A DNA stretch of 64,000 bases from Guillardia theta CCMP2712 (Eukaryota; Protista; Cryptophyta), in the NCBI RefSeq assembly GCF_000315625.1, contig NW_005434602.1, forward strand, positions 243,848 to 307,847, in the 5' to 3' direction. Shown piece after piece: positions 1-11,600 of this stretch. The translations under genes and the position numbers were made by a program. Every line of letters starts with the position of its first letter. Within the stretch, counting starts at the first letter, position 1. The notes under the pieces are model-generated. The model ran no database searches and was not told the origin of the DNA. It was given only the letters and a program-made list of their open reading frames with translations.

Positions 1-1251
1 ATGGGCTCTGTTCCTATGAATCGTGTTCATCGACAACGTCGGCTCTCCCCCTGACATGATCACAACCCCCGACCCGTCGTTGTTGCGAATATCGTTGTCC
101 TCGAACGTCCCCAGACCGTTGCTCATCACCATGATCCCGTCGGCACTCCCCTCGTAGACTGCATTCCCTCGAAAGATCGGCTCTGCCTCGTCATCCACAC
201 AAACGTTGGAGGACTTGTTGGAATAGATCTGGTTTCCCATCAGCAAGCCCTTTCCCTTGTCCGTCACGCGAACCCCACACCCATAGGACTGGAAGATCTT
301 ACAGCGAAGGATCACAGGATCGGCTCCTGACTCGATCTGCAAGTTTGCCAGCCGGCACTCAGCAAACCTGCAGTCTTCCACCCTTCCGGTCGACCCGTCG
401 CCTACCCAGAGCCCCTGGTGGGCCGAGAACTCGAACTCGCACTTGCTGAAGAACGGGGAGGATCCTCCTTGAACTCTACAGGCCACACCTGCGTCAGAGC
501 TGAAGCTGCACTCCCTGAAGACAGAGCTGCCTCCGATGATGTCAACAGCCGTCCTAGCAAGCAGGCCTTGCAAGTCCCCGTGATCCTTCATGCGAAAGTT
601 GATGCGCTGAGATATCGTCAGGCCGAGCACCTGCACTCCCGACGCGTTCACGACGATGACTGGCTCGCCATAGTCGGAGAAGATTCTCGCTTCCGACCTC
701 ACGTACTCCAAGTCAACTTGGGTAGTGTCTGGGTCCTTGAGTCGTTGGACGTCAGGTATGCGGGGAACAAGGGCAGAAGGGTCGGGAACGGCATTTCTAT
801 CCTTCACACCCTCGATGCGCAGTCTCTTGTCCAGGAAGAGAGGCCTCGAACCCACAGAGTGCCTTCCAGCTTGAACCACGAGGATCTGACCATCATCGGC
901 AGCAGCTACTGCTTCCTGCAGAGTCTCGAAGTGGGTAGAGGACCATCCGTCAGGGACCGGATGGCCAGTCACGACGAAGGCAGTTCTGTCAATGAGAATG
1001 CCATCTGGCCGTATGATTTTCCTCTCATTCTGCAAGCAGAGCAGCTCCTGCGAGCTCCACTTGTCCAGCGCCAGCAAGTTTCGCTGCTTCTTCTTATCTT
1101 CCGCACCTTTCCCTCCCGTCCCCAGGATGGCATCATCCCCGAGATCGACATGTCCATACTTGCTCTTTGCCGCATCCAAGGAACCAGCCTCCAGCAGCGT
1201 GTGCAGCAGCCCGCCTCCTCCCTCCCTCGACTCCCCCCCCCTCCTCCTCAT
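1..1251 (-). CDS. Right-handed parallel beta-helix (PbH1/pectin-lyase-like, FBXO11 C-terminal-like) protein, 3' end beyond window start
   Basis: Manual minus-strand translation from ATG at 1251 stays open to position 1 (absent from the ORF track because it has no stop in the window). It contains FETLQEAVAAADDGQILVVQAGRH, then repeats such as GADPVILRCKIFQSYGVGVRVTDKGKGLLMGNQIYSN and PIFRGNAVYEGSADGIMVMSNGLGTFEDNDIRNN. Confidence 0.85.
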   Translation of the reverse strand, partial: MRRRGGESREGGGGLLHTLLEAGSLDAAKSKYGHVDLGDDAILGTGGKGAEDKKKQRNLLALDKWSSQELLCLQNERKIIRPDGILIDRTAFVVTGHPVPDGWSSTHFETLQEAVAAADDGQILVVQAGRHSVGSRPLFLDKRLRIEGVKDRNAVPDPSALVPRIPDVQRLKDPDTTQVDLEYVRSEARIFSDYGEPVIVVNASGVQVLGLTISQRINFRMKDHGDLQGLLARTAVDIIGGSSVFRECSFSSDAGVACRVQGGSSPFFSKCEFEFSAHQGLWVGDGSTGRVEDCRFAECRLANLQIESGADPVILRCKIFQSYGCGVRVTDKGKGLLMGNQIYSNKSSNVCVDDEAEPIFRGNAVYEGSADGIMVMSNGLGTFEDNDIRNNDGSGVVIMSGGEPTLSMNTIHRNRAH

Positions 1252-1807
1252 GCCCGTTGCCGAAACTTTGCAACTTCGGTTTTACAACTTTGTTTCAAAC
1301 TTCCTTTTCCTCAAAGTTAAGTGAAAATCATTACGTGGACACTGAAACTTTGTCATATGAAAGTTGGCAGGAGACTCTGAGTAGAGGAGGCCGCCCTGAC
1401 ACTATCATCGCGGCACAGGCCACACGGCGAGAAGAGAAAAGACAGCGAGAACCAAACCTTCGGTTGACCGTCTTCAAGACTTTTATCCGGCGACTCGGAG
1501 CGGGCCTTGAAGTCCGCTCCTTCGAGCTCTACCCGCTCTCGCGCGACGAGCAGGAGACGTGCGCCGCCCTCAACTACGCGGCCCCGGCCGGACTCCGGGT
1601 CATACTTCAATGTACCGTGACAGCCACTCGCGGCCGCGCCGGACTCGGGCCCGTCACGGTCGGAGGCCCTGGCCGGAAAGAAAGAGTCAAAATAAAAAAG
1701 ACATCACCACAAATAGGAGAGGAGAACGAGACGCCTGGGGATGCTGGAGCGAAGGACTCTCAGACGCAGGGGTGCGGGCGAGACCCGAGACTGAAGCCCA
1801 GATCGTG

Positions 1808-2878
1808 ATGAACTCGATGAACCTTCGAGCCTTCTTCGGGGTGACGTGCGGAGTGCTGTTGCTGATTGTCGTCGTCGTCTACATTGATGGTGCTCAGTAC
1901 TCCGCGGTTGACGTCACGACTTTGATGCAGCTGATGAACTCTACTGGTTTGCTGAGCCCCAATCCAAAGAGCGCAGCTAAGAACAAGCTGTCTGCTCTAG
2001 ATCTGAAGAGAATCAATGTCAATGGACCCGCAATGGTGAGATAATAGACTGTGCGAATGTTGCATTTCCTCACTTTGACTGCAGAGAATCATCAAAGCAA
2101 CTCCTCTGAACCATCATTTTGTTTCGATGACAATGCTCCAAAGAGAGTTAGAAAGGTTGCATGTAAGGTAAGCCGTGCTGGTCTTCCTCATATATCTTCC
2201 TGGTCAGTTACACCGACTTTACAGGAGAAAGGTAATAAGGGAGGCTATGTCTGCTGTTCGGCTTGGAATCATAGATCCAGAGTCCGTTCTACAAACAGCC
2301 AAGGAGGCGTATGACAGAGCCGACGTCGATGGCGCAGATACTACACCCATTCAGATCAACATCAATGTATCTATTCTATTCCCAAACGAGATAGACTGAT
2401 ATTCAACAGGTGAATCCTAATGATGAGAAACATGGGGCAAAAGCCGAATATGGAGCCAATCGAGGCAGCGAAGCTGACTCGGTCGAAGTGTGGCAGCCAT
2501 TCCCGGGCAAAGATCCGTCAAAACACGCCATCGTTTGGCGAAAGGTGAAGACAAGCCAAACTGTGATCTGCTTCAATTGAACGAAGGTCAACCCATCAGG
2601 TTTTGCGAAAGAAACTGCCCGTCCTACGACCTCTAGCTGAAGCAATGGAGAATGTAACAAGCTCTAAGACCGCGTATAATGCAAGCACGGGGAACTATTC
2701 CTTTCCTGTTCCGGAAGGGGCTATTGTGCTACCTACTGCCGGTAGTCGCTGGCAGTTACAGGACATTGCGATCTTGCATGGTTAGTCTTATCTTTGATCT
2801 TACTCAGTATCTGAACTGATGTCAGGCCATGCGCCAAACAAGAACGAGTCGTCGGTGATAGAGTCTGCAGTAAGTTGA
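1808..2878 (+). CDS. Spliced hypothetical protein with N-terminal signal anchor
   Basis: MNSMNLRAFFGVTCGVLLLIVVVVYIDG. Five short GT-AG introns (donors near 2035, 2167, 2367, 2545, 2781) join ORF fragments 1559-2044, 2175-2399 and 2603-2785 in frame. 3' end uncertain. Confidence 0.6.
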
Positions 2879-3561
2879 TGCTTCAAGATTTGAACGGCAC
2901 GCTGACCAGCCGTGCAACAGGAAGACAAGGAGCTTCCAGAAAGCGACTCCAGCTATGTTGACATTGAAATCAGGCATTAGTTGTAAGCAAGACATTCGAT
3001 CATCTGTGGCAGATGAGAGGACATCCTGGTAGGGAAGTGCATGTGTTGGGATGATCGGTGGACGAACGAGGGTGTTATTTATATAATATGACATGTACAT
3101 GATGGAAGTGATGAAATAAACGTAACGCCGTGCTTCATTTCCCTGGCCCAATTCTTGCATCTAACACACTCGTTACCACCTCCTTTCCTTCTGCCTTTCA
3201 TTTCCTTATCACGTAAATGAATTTCCCATGTGTATCTCGCTCTCTTCTGCGTCCATTTCTTTCCATGTCAATTAAAGCAAATTCGCTTGTCAAGGTTTTG
3301 ACCGCTCACGGTCCCTCCACCCCTGGATTTCTTTTACCCACCCTGTACTTTTCCATTTTATTGTTTACAAAAGTATGGGTACATCTACCCTACCCTCGTG
3401 TTGCAAACTGCGGAGTCGGGTATTCGCGATTGCACCCTTGCCAGGACGACGGAGCGTAAACAAGGAAGAACAAGAGGAGAGGGACTGGAGGATGAGGAGA
3501 GGAAGGAAGCAAGAGGAGATAGCATGAGCAACGGCAAGACAGCAAGATCATCTCACAAGCT

Positions 3562-6500
3562 ATGAAGGAAGGCGCTCAGATGCTCGGAACTATCGGCCTT
3601 CTTCTGAGAAGCTCTGCCGGCAAATATTTTGTTGCTGGCATTGTGAAAGGGGGAGCAGCAGAGGCGTCAGGAAAGATTCGAGATCATGATCAGCTGATCT
3701 CTGTGAATGGCAGGAGGGTGGAAGGATTGCCTCACGATACCGTGGCAGGTGATTGGAGTGAGAATCTTCTGTAAGTGAAGTTATGTTGTTACAGGGTTGC
3801 TGGTTGGACCAGAAGATTCCATGGTGAGGTTGGAGTTGCTACGAACTCATGAGTTCCGATACTCCTTCATCGTTGAAGTGAAGCGAATCCATCACACGAG
3901 CGAGGGGGACGTGCAGCAGCTTGCGCCTGTTGCTGAGAAGTATCATGAGGATTCTGCAGTGGGGTACAAGTTAGCAACAAAGTTCTGTAGAGAGAGGACG
4001 ATGAGAAAATTACTGCAATGCTGGAGGGAGAGTACGATGTGTGTCTTGTCTACGATGTGCATTCAGAGCGTCAAGCAGGATGTCATTGTGATCTACAGGA
4101 CATTCGTGTCATGGAACTATGTCTTTCAACGTGGTCAAGCCATGACGTCTCGTTCAGACAAGTTGAAGAGACGCTTCGTTCGGAGTCAGTTACTACAGAT
4201 TCTTGCAAGATGGTCGCTCGTTTACCTTGAGACCCCACGTGATGATCAGGATCATACCAACCTTCACAGTGCGGAGAACACTCAGGATTGCAGAACAGAG
4301 AAGTGGATTGAAAGTATGCTTCGTCACAATGACAAATTTGTGAGAGGTTCTTGTGATACAGATGCCAGTATAACTTCTTGTCTCTTCCAGGAATACAAGA
4401 AACAATCTAAGATCTGCAAAACTCTGAGCATGTACGCAAGAGGATTGAGAGTGAAGTCAAAAGTTTTTGGCTACTTCTTGTCGTTGCACGCCGCAAACAC
4501 ATACCAGCGTCATTGTGCAGAGGAGAAACACCTAAAGCAGCTTTCGAGACTGAATCGCACGATATTTCAGAAGTGGAGGTCTTACTATCACAGGGCAAAG
4601 GATCTTCTGCGATTGCACACGTACCAGATGCACAAGAAAATCTTGCAAGTGTTTGACCTTTGGCGATATGAAATGCTGAATCACTCTCCGAATGTATCGA
4701 GCTCTTTGCAATTGATTCCGAATCTTGAAGGATCAACAGAAGGCAATAGACACAAAATCCACTGTCAACACGCTGTTTATGAGCAACACTTAAACCTTCT
4801 AAGAGCAATATTTGTAGCAAAAAGTTCGTCAAAACACAAATCAAAAGCGTTTCATACATGGAGCAATACAACAAAAACACAACAAAGATTGAAAAACAGG
4901 CCAAAAGTCGAAGAACGAGAAAGAAAAATGAAAACCAACATGATTCTCTTTAACCACTGGAACAACACTGTGAAATTTCGAAAAGCAAGACTGCAATGGA
5001 AAACAGCAACCGGAATGCTTATCAACAAAATGACAAAAACCAAAATACTCCGAAAATGGATAAACGAACGAATCATGAGCCAAAGAACAAAACAGGCAGT
5101 AGACAAGGCAGCGAGAAGCCTCAAGGGGCAGACAGAGGCGAGGGCGCTAGGGCGCTGGCAGGAGCAGGTCCTGGAGGCAAGGAGGGTCCGGGAAGGGACG
5201 AGGAGGGCGCTAGGACGGATGCAGGGGCTGAGGAGCGCAGCGGCGCTAGAGGCGTGGAGGGACAGGGTAGAGGAGGGACGGAGGATACGGGAGGTCGGGA
5301 GCAAGGTGATACGGCGGATACGGGAGGGGTCGGCATGGCGAGGGTTTAGGACGTGGGCAGAGGCGGCGGCACGGGGCCGGGAGGAGGGGGCGGCACTGGC
5401 CAAGGCAGCGAGGAGGCTCAAGGGGCAGACGGAGGCGAGGGCGCTAGGGCGCTGGCAGGAGCAGGTCCTGGAGGCAAGGAGGGTCCGGGAAGGGACGAGG
5501 AGGGCGCTAGGACGGATGCAGGGGCTGAGGAGCGCAGCGGCGCTAGAGGCGTGGAGGGACAGGGTAGAGGAGGGACGGAGGATACGGGAGGTCGGGAGCA
5601 AAGTGATACGGCGGATACGGGAGGGGTCGGCATGGCGAGGGTTTAGGACGTGGGCAGAGGCGGCGGCACGGGGCCGGGAGGAGGGGGCGGCACTGGCCAA
5701 GGCAGCGAGGAGGCTCAAGGGGCAGACAGAGGCGAGGGCGCTAGGGCGCTGGCAGGAGCAGGTCCTGGAGGCAAGGAGGGTCCGGGAAGGGACGAGGAGG
5801 GCGCTAGGACGGATGCAGGGGCTGAGGAGCGCAGCGGCGCTAGAGGCGTGGAGAGACAGGGTAGAGGAGGGACGGAGGATACGGGAGGTCGGGAGCAAGG
5901 TGATACGGCGGATACGGGAGGGGTCGGCATGGCGAGGGTTTAGGACGTGGGCAGAGGCGGCGGCACGGGGCCGGGAGGAGGGGGCGGCACTGGCCAAGGC
6001 AGCGAGGAGGCTCAAGGGGCAGACAGAGGCGAGGGCGCTAGGGCGCTGGCAGGAGCAGGTCCTGGAGGCAAGGAGGGTCCGGGAAGGGACGAGGAGGGCG
6101 CTAGGACGGATGCAGGGGCTGAGGAGCGCAGCGGCGCTAGAGGCGTGGAGGGACAGGGTAGAGGAGGGACGGAGGATACGGGAGGTCGGGAGCAAGGTGA
6201 TACGGCGGATACGGGAGGGGTCGGCATGGCGAGGGTTTAGGACGTGGGCAGAGGCGGCGGCACGGGGCCGGGAGGAGGGGGCGGCACTGGCCAAGGCAGC
6301 GAGGAGGCTCAAGGGGCAGACAGAGGCGAGGGCGCTAGGGCGCTGGCAGGAGCAGGTCCTGGAGGCAAGGAGGGTCCGGGAAGGGACGAGGAGGGCGCTA
6401 GGACGGATGCAGGGGCTGAGGAGCGCAGCGGCGCTAGAGGCGTGGAGAGACAGGGTAGAGGAGGGACGGAGGATACGGGAGGTCGGGAGCAAGGTGATAC

Positions 6501-8460
6501 GGCGGATACGGGAGGGGTCGGCATGGCGAGGGTTTAGGACGTGGGCAGAGGCGGCGGCACGGGGCCGGGAGGAGGGGGCGGCACTGGCCAAGGCAGCGAG
6601 GAGGCTCAAGGGGCAGACAGAGGCGAGGGCGCTAGGGCGCTGGCAGGAGCAGGTCCTGGAGGCAAGGAGGGTCCGGGAAGGGACGAGGAGGGCGCTAGGA
6701 CGGATGCAGGGGCTGAGGAGCGCAGCGGCGCTAGAGGCGTGGAGGGACAGGGTAGAGGAGGGACGGAGGATACGGGAGGTCGGGAGCAAGGTGATACGGC
6801 GGATACGGGAGGGGTCGGCATGGCGAGGGTTTAGGACGTGGGCAGAGGCGGCGGCACGGGGCCGGGAGGAGGGGGCGGCACTGGCCAAGGCAGCGAGGAG
6901 GCTCAAGAGGCAGACGGAGGCGAGGGCGCTAGGGCGCTGGCAGGAGCAGGTCCTGGAGGCAAGGAGGGTCCGGGAAGGGACGAGGAGGGCGCTAGGACGG
7001 ATGCAGGGGCTGAGGAGCGCAGCGGCGCTAGAGGCGTGGAGGGACAGGGTAGAGGAGGGACGGAGGATACGGGAGGTCGGGAGCAAGGTGATACGGCGGA
7101 TGCAGGTGTTGCGGAGTGCTTGGGTGTTTGCAGGTTGGAGTTGTTGGATAAAGGAGGGACGTAGGCGATATTTGGGGTTTTGTGTCTTGCAGAAGGTCTG
7201 CATTTTGCTTTCATTACGAGTTTTGGTCTGCAGTTGGCAAAGGCTTTGTTATGTTTCTGATTTTGGTCTCCGCTTATCAATTCGTCGGATATCTTGGCTG
7301 TTTCAGGGTCTTCGAGCGTTCTGTGTGCAGCGCAAGCATCTTCGCCGAATGGAAATCGTTGTGTGCCGTCGTCGTTGCTCTTCCTCGATGCGCTCAATGT
7401 TCTTTTGTTTTCTTCGATTCTGCCACAATCCATTTCACCGATTCATCTCTGCCCGAAGGGTACTTGTTTAATCTTGGTTGTGATCATTCATTTTTGATTT
7501 ACTCTTGCAGCGATATGTTTTGACAAAGAGCTTTTTTCGGAGATGGGGATCCGAAATTTCAAAGGTTGTTGGGAATTTTTTGCCGCTCTGGTTGATTTGC
7601 ATCTTCAGCTATGGATTTACGACCCGCATCGAGCTCGAAATTTGATTTCATGGCTTCAAATAGACTTGAAGAGGAGAGCGCAAGAGATTGAAGATCTGAA
7701 TGTCAGAATACACAACCAGAGAGAGAGAATCATCAGACTACAGGTACAATGTCTATTTGTTCTCTTGTCAGTCGTTTAGAGGAGGGCAGGACGGCGGGAT
7801 TGTCAGCGAGAACATCTTTGAATCGAAGGAGCTTGAAGAGCTCGAATGGGGTTGGGAGGGAGTGTGGGGTTGGGGAACTGGATGGGGACAGGAATGGAGA
7901 AGAAGAGAAAGTTTTGTTCGTCAACTTCTCGAGAAGGCAAGGTTCTTTATGATGCTACAATCCACTGACAGATCGATCTCTTTCAACTAGCAGAACTCTG
8001 CCAAGTTACACCAATCAGCCCCAGTCAGTGCGGACCTTTCGACTTCGCTCCTACTTCGAAGTTCAAGCTTCGAGCAAACTCGTTCGTGCGAATCCAGGAG
8101 AATCTTTCAAGTGCCGGTCGCTGTCATAGTCGAACAAACCCTGACCTCTCTCACTCCAGAAATTGGTGCTTGATGACCAAGAGTACACTCAGCGCCTGAT
8201 GCAGCTGTTGAGCTGCATGCAGCAGTTTCGTAAGCTGAGGATACACATCGCTGTTCTCAGCAACGGCATCTACGACACCTTGTGAGCTGTCAATGTCTAT
8301 GTCTACCAGCTGACAAGCCCCCAGTGAGGCTTCAGGGAACGCGGCAAGTGACCCGAGCTTGCAACGGTCGAACGAAACAGGGGACGGTGAGGAGGAGGAG
8401 CCTTTCCTTGAAGTCTCCTCCAGGTGACTTCTTTTTTGCTCATGTTCCCTCGGTGACTCG
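3562..8460 (+). CDS. PDZ-domain protein with Sfi1-like (putative centrin-binding) Trp repeats, spliced
   Basis: Intron 3749-3795 joins IGLLLRSSAGKYFVAGIVKGGAAEASGKIRDHDQLISVNG..GLPHDTVA to GLLVGPEDSMVRLELLR (PDZ). The long exon to ~7460 has many L/FxxW motifs at 33-aa spacing. Further short exons follow after 7511; the 3' end is approximate. Confidence 0.75.
5104..7105 (+). repeat. 297-bp coding tandem repeat, ~6.7 near-identical copies (99 aa = 3 x 33 aa)
   Basis: Units start at about 5104, 5401, 5698, 5995, 6292, 6589 and 6886. Differences are almost all synonymous. Confidence 0.95.
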
Positions 8461-8625
8461 AGAGGTTTAGGTCGATGGATCCTTTCAACCCAAACTTGGC
8501 GGAGCAGGACGAGATGTTCCACCATGAGAGACTTTCTACCGGGTCACAGGGTCTTCCTAGGATAGCTTCTCTTGTTCACTTGTCTTAGTGCAGTCCCGTT
8601 ATGATATGACATTGTACACTCACAG

Positions 8626-11600
8626 CTACATTCCTCCGTTAACATGATCTGGAGGTAGTTTCGAAGGCTTTGAACTCTTTTTCACGCTCCTCAGCACTTG
8701 TTTGAGATTGCTCCGGTTGACAACCCGGCCTAGTCTTGGCCCTGCATCATCCGCTTTGTTTGACTCCAAGCTCCCAAACATGACTCGGGCCCTCTCTTTG
8801 ACGCTTTCGATACCGGTGATAGCTTGACGATGAGACGATCTCTCAACCTCGGGTACTCGATCATAAGACGATCTCTCAACCTCGGGTACTCGGTCATAAG
8901 ACGATCTCTCAACCTCGGGTACTCGATCATAAGACGATCTCTCAACCTCGGGTACTCGATCATAAGACGATCTCTCAACCTCGGGTACTCGATCATAAGA
9001 CGATCTCTCAACCTCGGGTACTCGATCATAAGACGATCTCTCAACCTCGGGTACTCGATCATAAGACGATCTCTCAACCTCGGGTACTCGGTCATAAGAC
9101 GATCTCTCAACCTCGGGTACTCGATCATAAGACGATCTCTCAACCTCGGGTACTCGATCATAAGACGATCTCTCAACCTCGGGTACTCGATCATAAGACG
9201 ATCTCTCAACCTCGGGTACTCGATCATGGGATATCTTCTCGACTTGTGATCTCTTGGAAGCCTGATCTTGCTTCAACCAACTCTCAATGGGATTGAAGGA
9301 GGCTGGGCCCGATGAACGTGAAGCTGGACGATGGCGAGCCTTGAGATTGTGTTGCCCGTCGTCTGAGGGTGTGCCAATGCTGTCATCGAGAGAAGACTTG
9401 AATATCAAATCCGAAGACAGTGTCCTGAAATTGTCTCCGCTCCTCATGGACGAGTTTGACTTCGACTCCCAAAGTTTCTGTGAGAAATCGTCGTCGACGA
9501 AGGTTGACGCTACTTCGATGTGACCGTGCTTGATCGGCATGTCTTTCACCTGGCAACATGATCAACTTCCTTTTCACAATCATCGTCGTCGTCATCGTCA
9601 TCGTCATCATCATCATCACCATCACCATCAAAGTTTGAAGTATACCTTGCTTGTCCAACTGCTATGTTGAGAAGCTTTCCAGCTCCCAGGCGCAACATCG
9701 TCCTCTTCATACAGTCCCTGATCACCTGTGTTCCACCTCTCCTCCCCACCATCGTCTCCGCTCGCCCACCCCTTCCTGTCCCTCTTGTTTGTCGGCTCTA
9801 CTGGTGATGAAACAAGTCGTGCTGGACACAGTCCGACGCGCATGTCTGCAGTTCTTAGAATGACGTGGGAGGGTCTGTCCCAGGCTCCTAGCAGGGTGCA
9901 GATTTCACCCTTCTTGAGGTTCAGGACTCTGCCCAGCCCGTCGACGTCCTGCAGGACGATGACCTTGTTGAACCTCTCGAGGACTTTCTCGAATCTGATC
10001 CGTCTGAATGCATTCGATCTCCATAGCTCGACGACCTTGACAAACACGTGCTTCGGGAGTTTGTTGTTGATCGTTGACATCTTGGTGAAGTCCTGGTTGG
10101 CTTTGCCCACCTGCCTCATCAGAACTGCCAGGACGATGTTGAGAAGGAGAAGATTGACGAGCGTGTAAACGATGGGGAAGTAGAGCTTGGCGAGGTTGTT
10201 TCCGCATGTTGACCAGCATTCTTGCTCGTATGGCAGAAACTCCTTGGAACTGCAGTCCACCAACTGCCGCTCACGCAAGTAGTTCAACTCGACGGCAGTG
10301 ATGCAACCTGACAACAAGTCATCTGTCTCCTCTACCTCACACCTCACCCACCTGGCAGCAAGTCCCTTGCTGATTGCAGGAGTTGTTGACGTCTGTAGAC
10401 ATTGACTTGGCTCTTTCGGGCCCTCAGAAGAGCTTCAGCTTGCACCAGCGCGCCCTCAGCCCTGTTGCTCCGATCGGACGTGGTGCTGACTTTCAACATC
10501 AACTCACTCCACGTCTCTCCCGTCGACACTCTGATAAGAGTCAAGGCAGCGTACGCCGAGTTCTGAAAGTTGGCGTAGCGCTGGAGCAGGAGGGAAGGGT
10601 CCAGCAGCATGCAGCGAGAGAGAGAGGCCGAGCTGGAGTCCAGCAGGTAGTCTACACAGAGATGTCCGAAGAGGAGGACTCCGATGACACTGAAGATCAT
10701 CAGCATCACCATAAAGAGGAAGAAGATGTCTTTGGTGAGAGACACTGACTGGCCCAGGGCCTCCAGGATCCCGATCAAGTTCTTGGCATGCCGAAAGATC
10801 TTGAGGGCCTTTAGGATGCGAAGGACTCTGAAGATCCTGAGGATCCTGAGGATTGTCGGGTTGAAGGAGACGGTAGTTCCAGAGGCCTCAATGGCCTGAC
10901 CTCCGAAGCTGACGATGGAGATGAAGTAATCGAACTTGAGCCACTTGCTGCTCTGACGGGAGAAGTATCTCTTGGGGTGGAGGGCGAACATCTTGAGGAA
11001 CACCTCGAGACCGAAGATGACTGTGAAGAAGAGGTTGGAAACATCTCCTGTTCTCGTCTGAGACTGCATGTGATCGTCATGGAGTGTCAGGGCAAGACAA
11101 CCGACGCACCTCGCTAGGCTTGTAGCTCTCCAGGCTCATGAACAAGATGTTAAGAACGATGCATAGGGCGATGAACATATCGAAGGTCGTGTTCATGCTG
11201 AACTTGTAGGCTATAGTCCGATAAGAAGCTCCCTGCCTCCATGCCTGAAAGATGCTGATATTGTGGTCTGCAGCCTCGAGGAATGGCAGGTCGTCTCTCC
11301 TCGGCCACTTGTCTGGTTTCCCCGAACTTATCTCCTGCTCTCGCATCGCCTTCTCGAACCCTTCAGCTGCCTTGTAGTACATCTTGACAAAGACTCCCGT
11401 CCAGATATTGAGCTGGAAAAAAGTTCCGACAACGATGATGATGAAGAAGAAGGCAAACATCCACTCCTGGTTGTTCTGAATCGGCCCTGAGTACTTGCCC
11501 GTGCTGTCAATGGCCGAGAACAGGAGGTCCTGCCACTGATCCTGCGTTACTATCACCAGCACAGCAAGCATCGCCTCGCCGATCCAGTCGAAGTTGAAGG

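Noticed and set aside
418-1320. 300-aa plus-strand ORF
   Set aside because: Antisense shadow of the beta-helix gene on the minus strand, which has clear repeat motifs.
4852-7203. 783-aa minus-strand ORF and multiple 97/71-aa ORFs
   Set aside because: By-products of the stop-poor 297-bp repeat. The variation is synonymous in the plus-strand Sfi1-like frame.
8833-9228. 33-bp repeats resembling a CRISPR array
   Set aside because: No unique spacers, no cas genes, and the array lies in a coding exon of a eukaryotic gene.
9546-9752. Poly-Asp ORF
   Set aside because: The (GAT)n tract lies in predicted intron 9550-9645.
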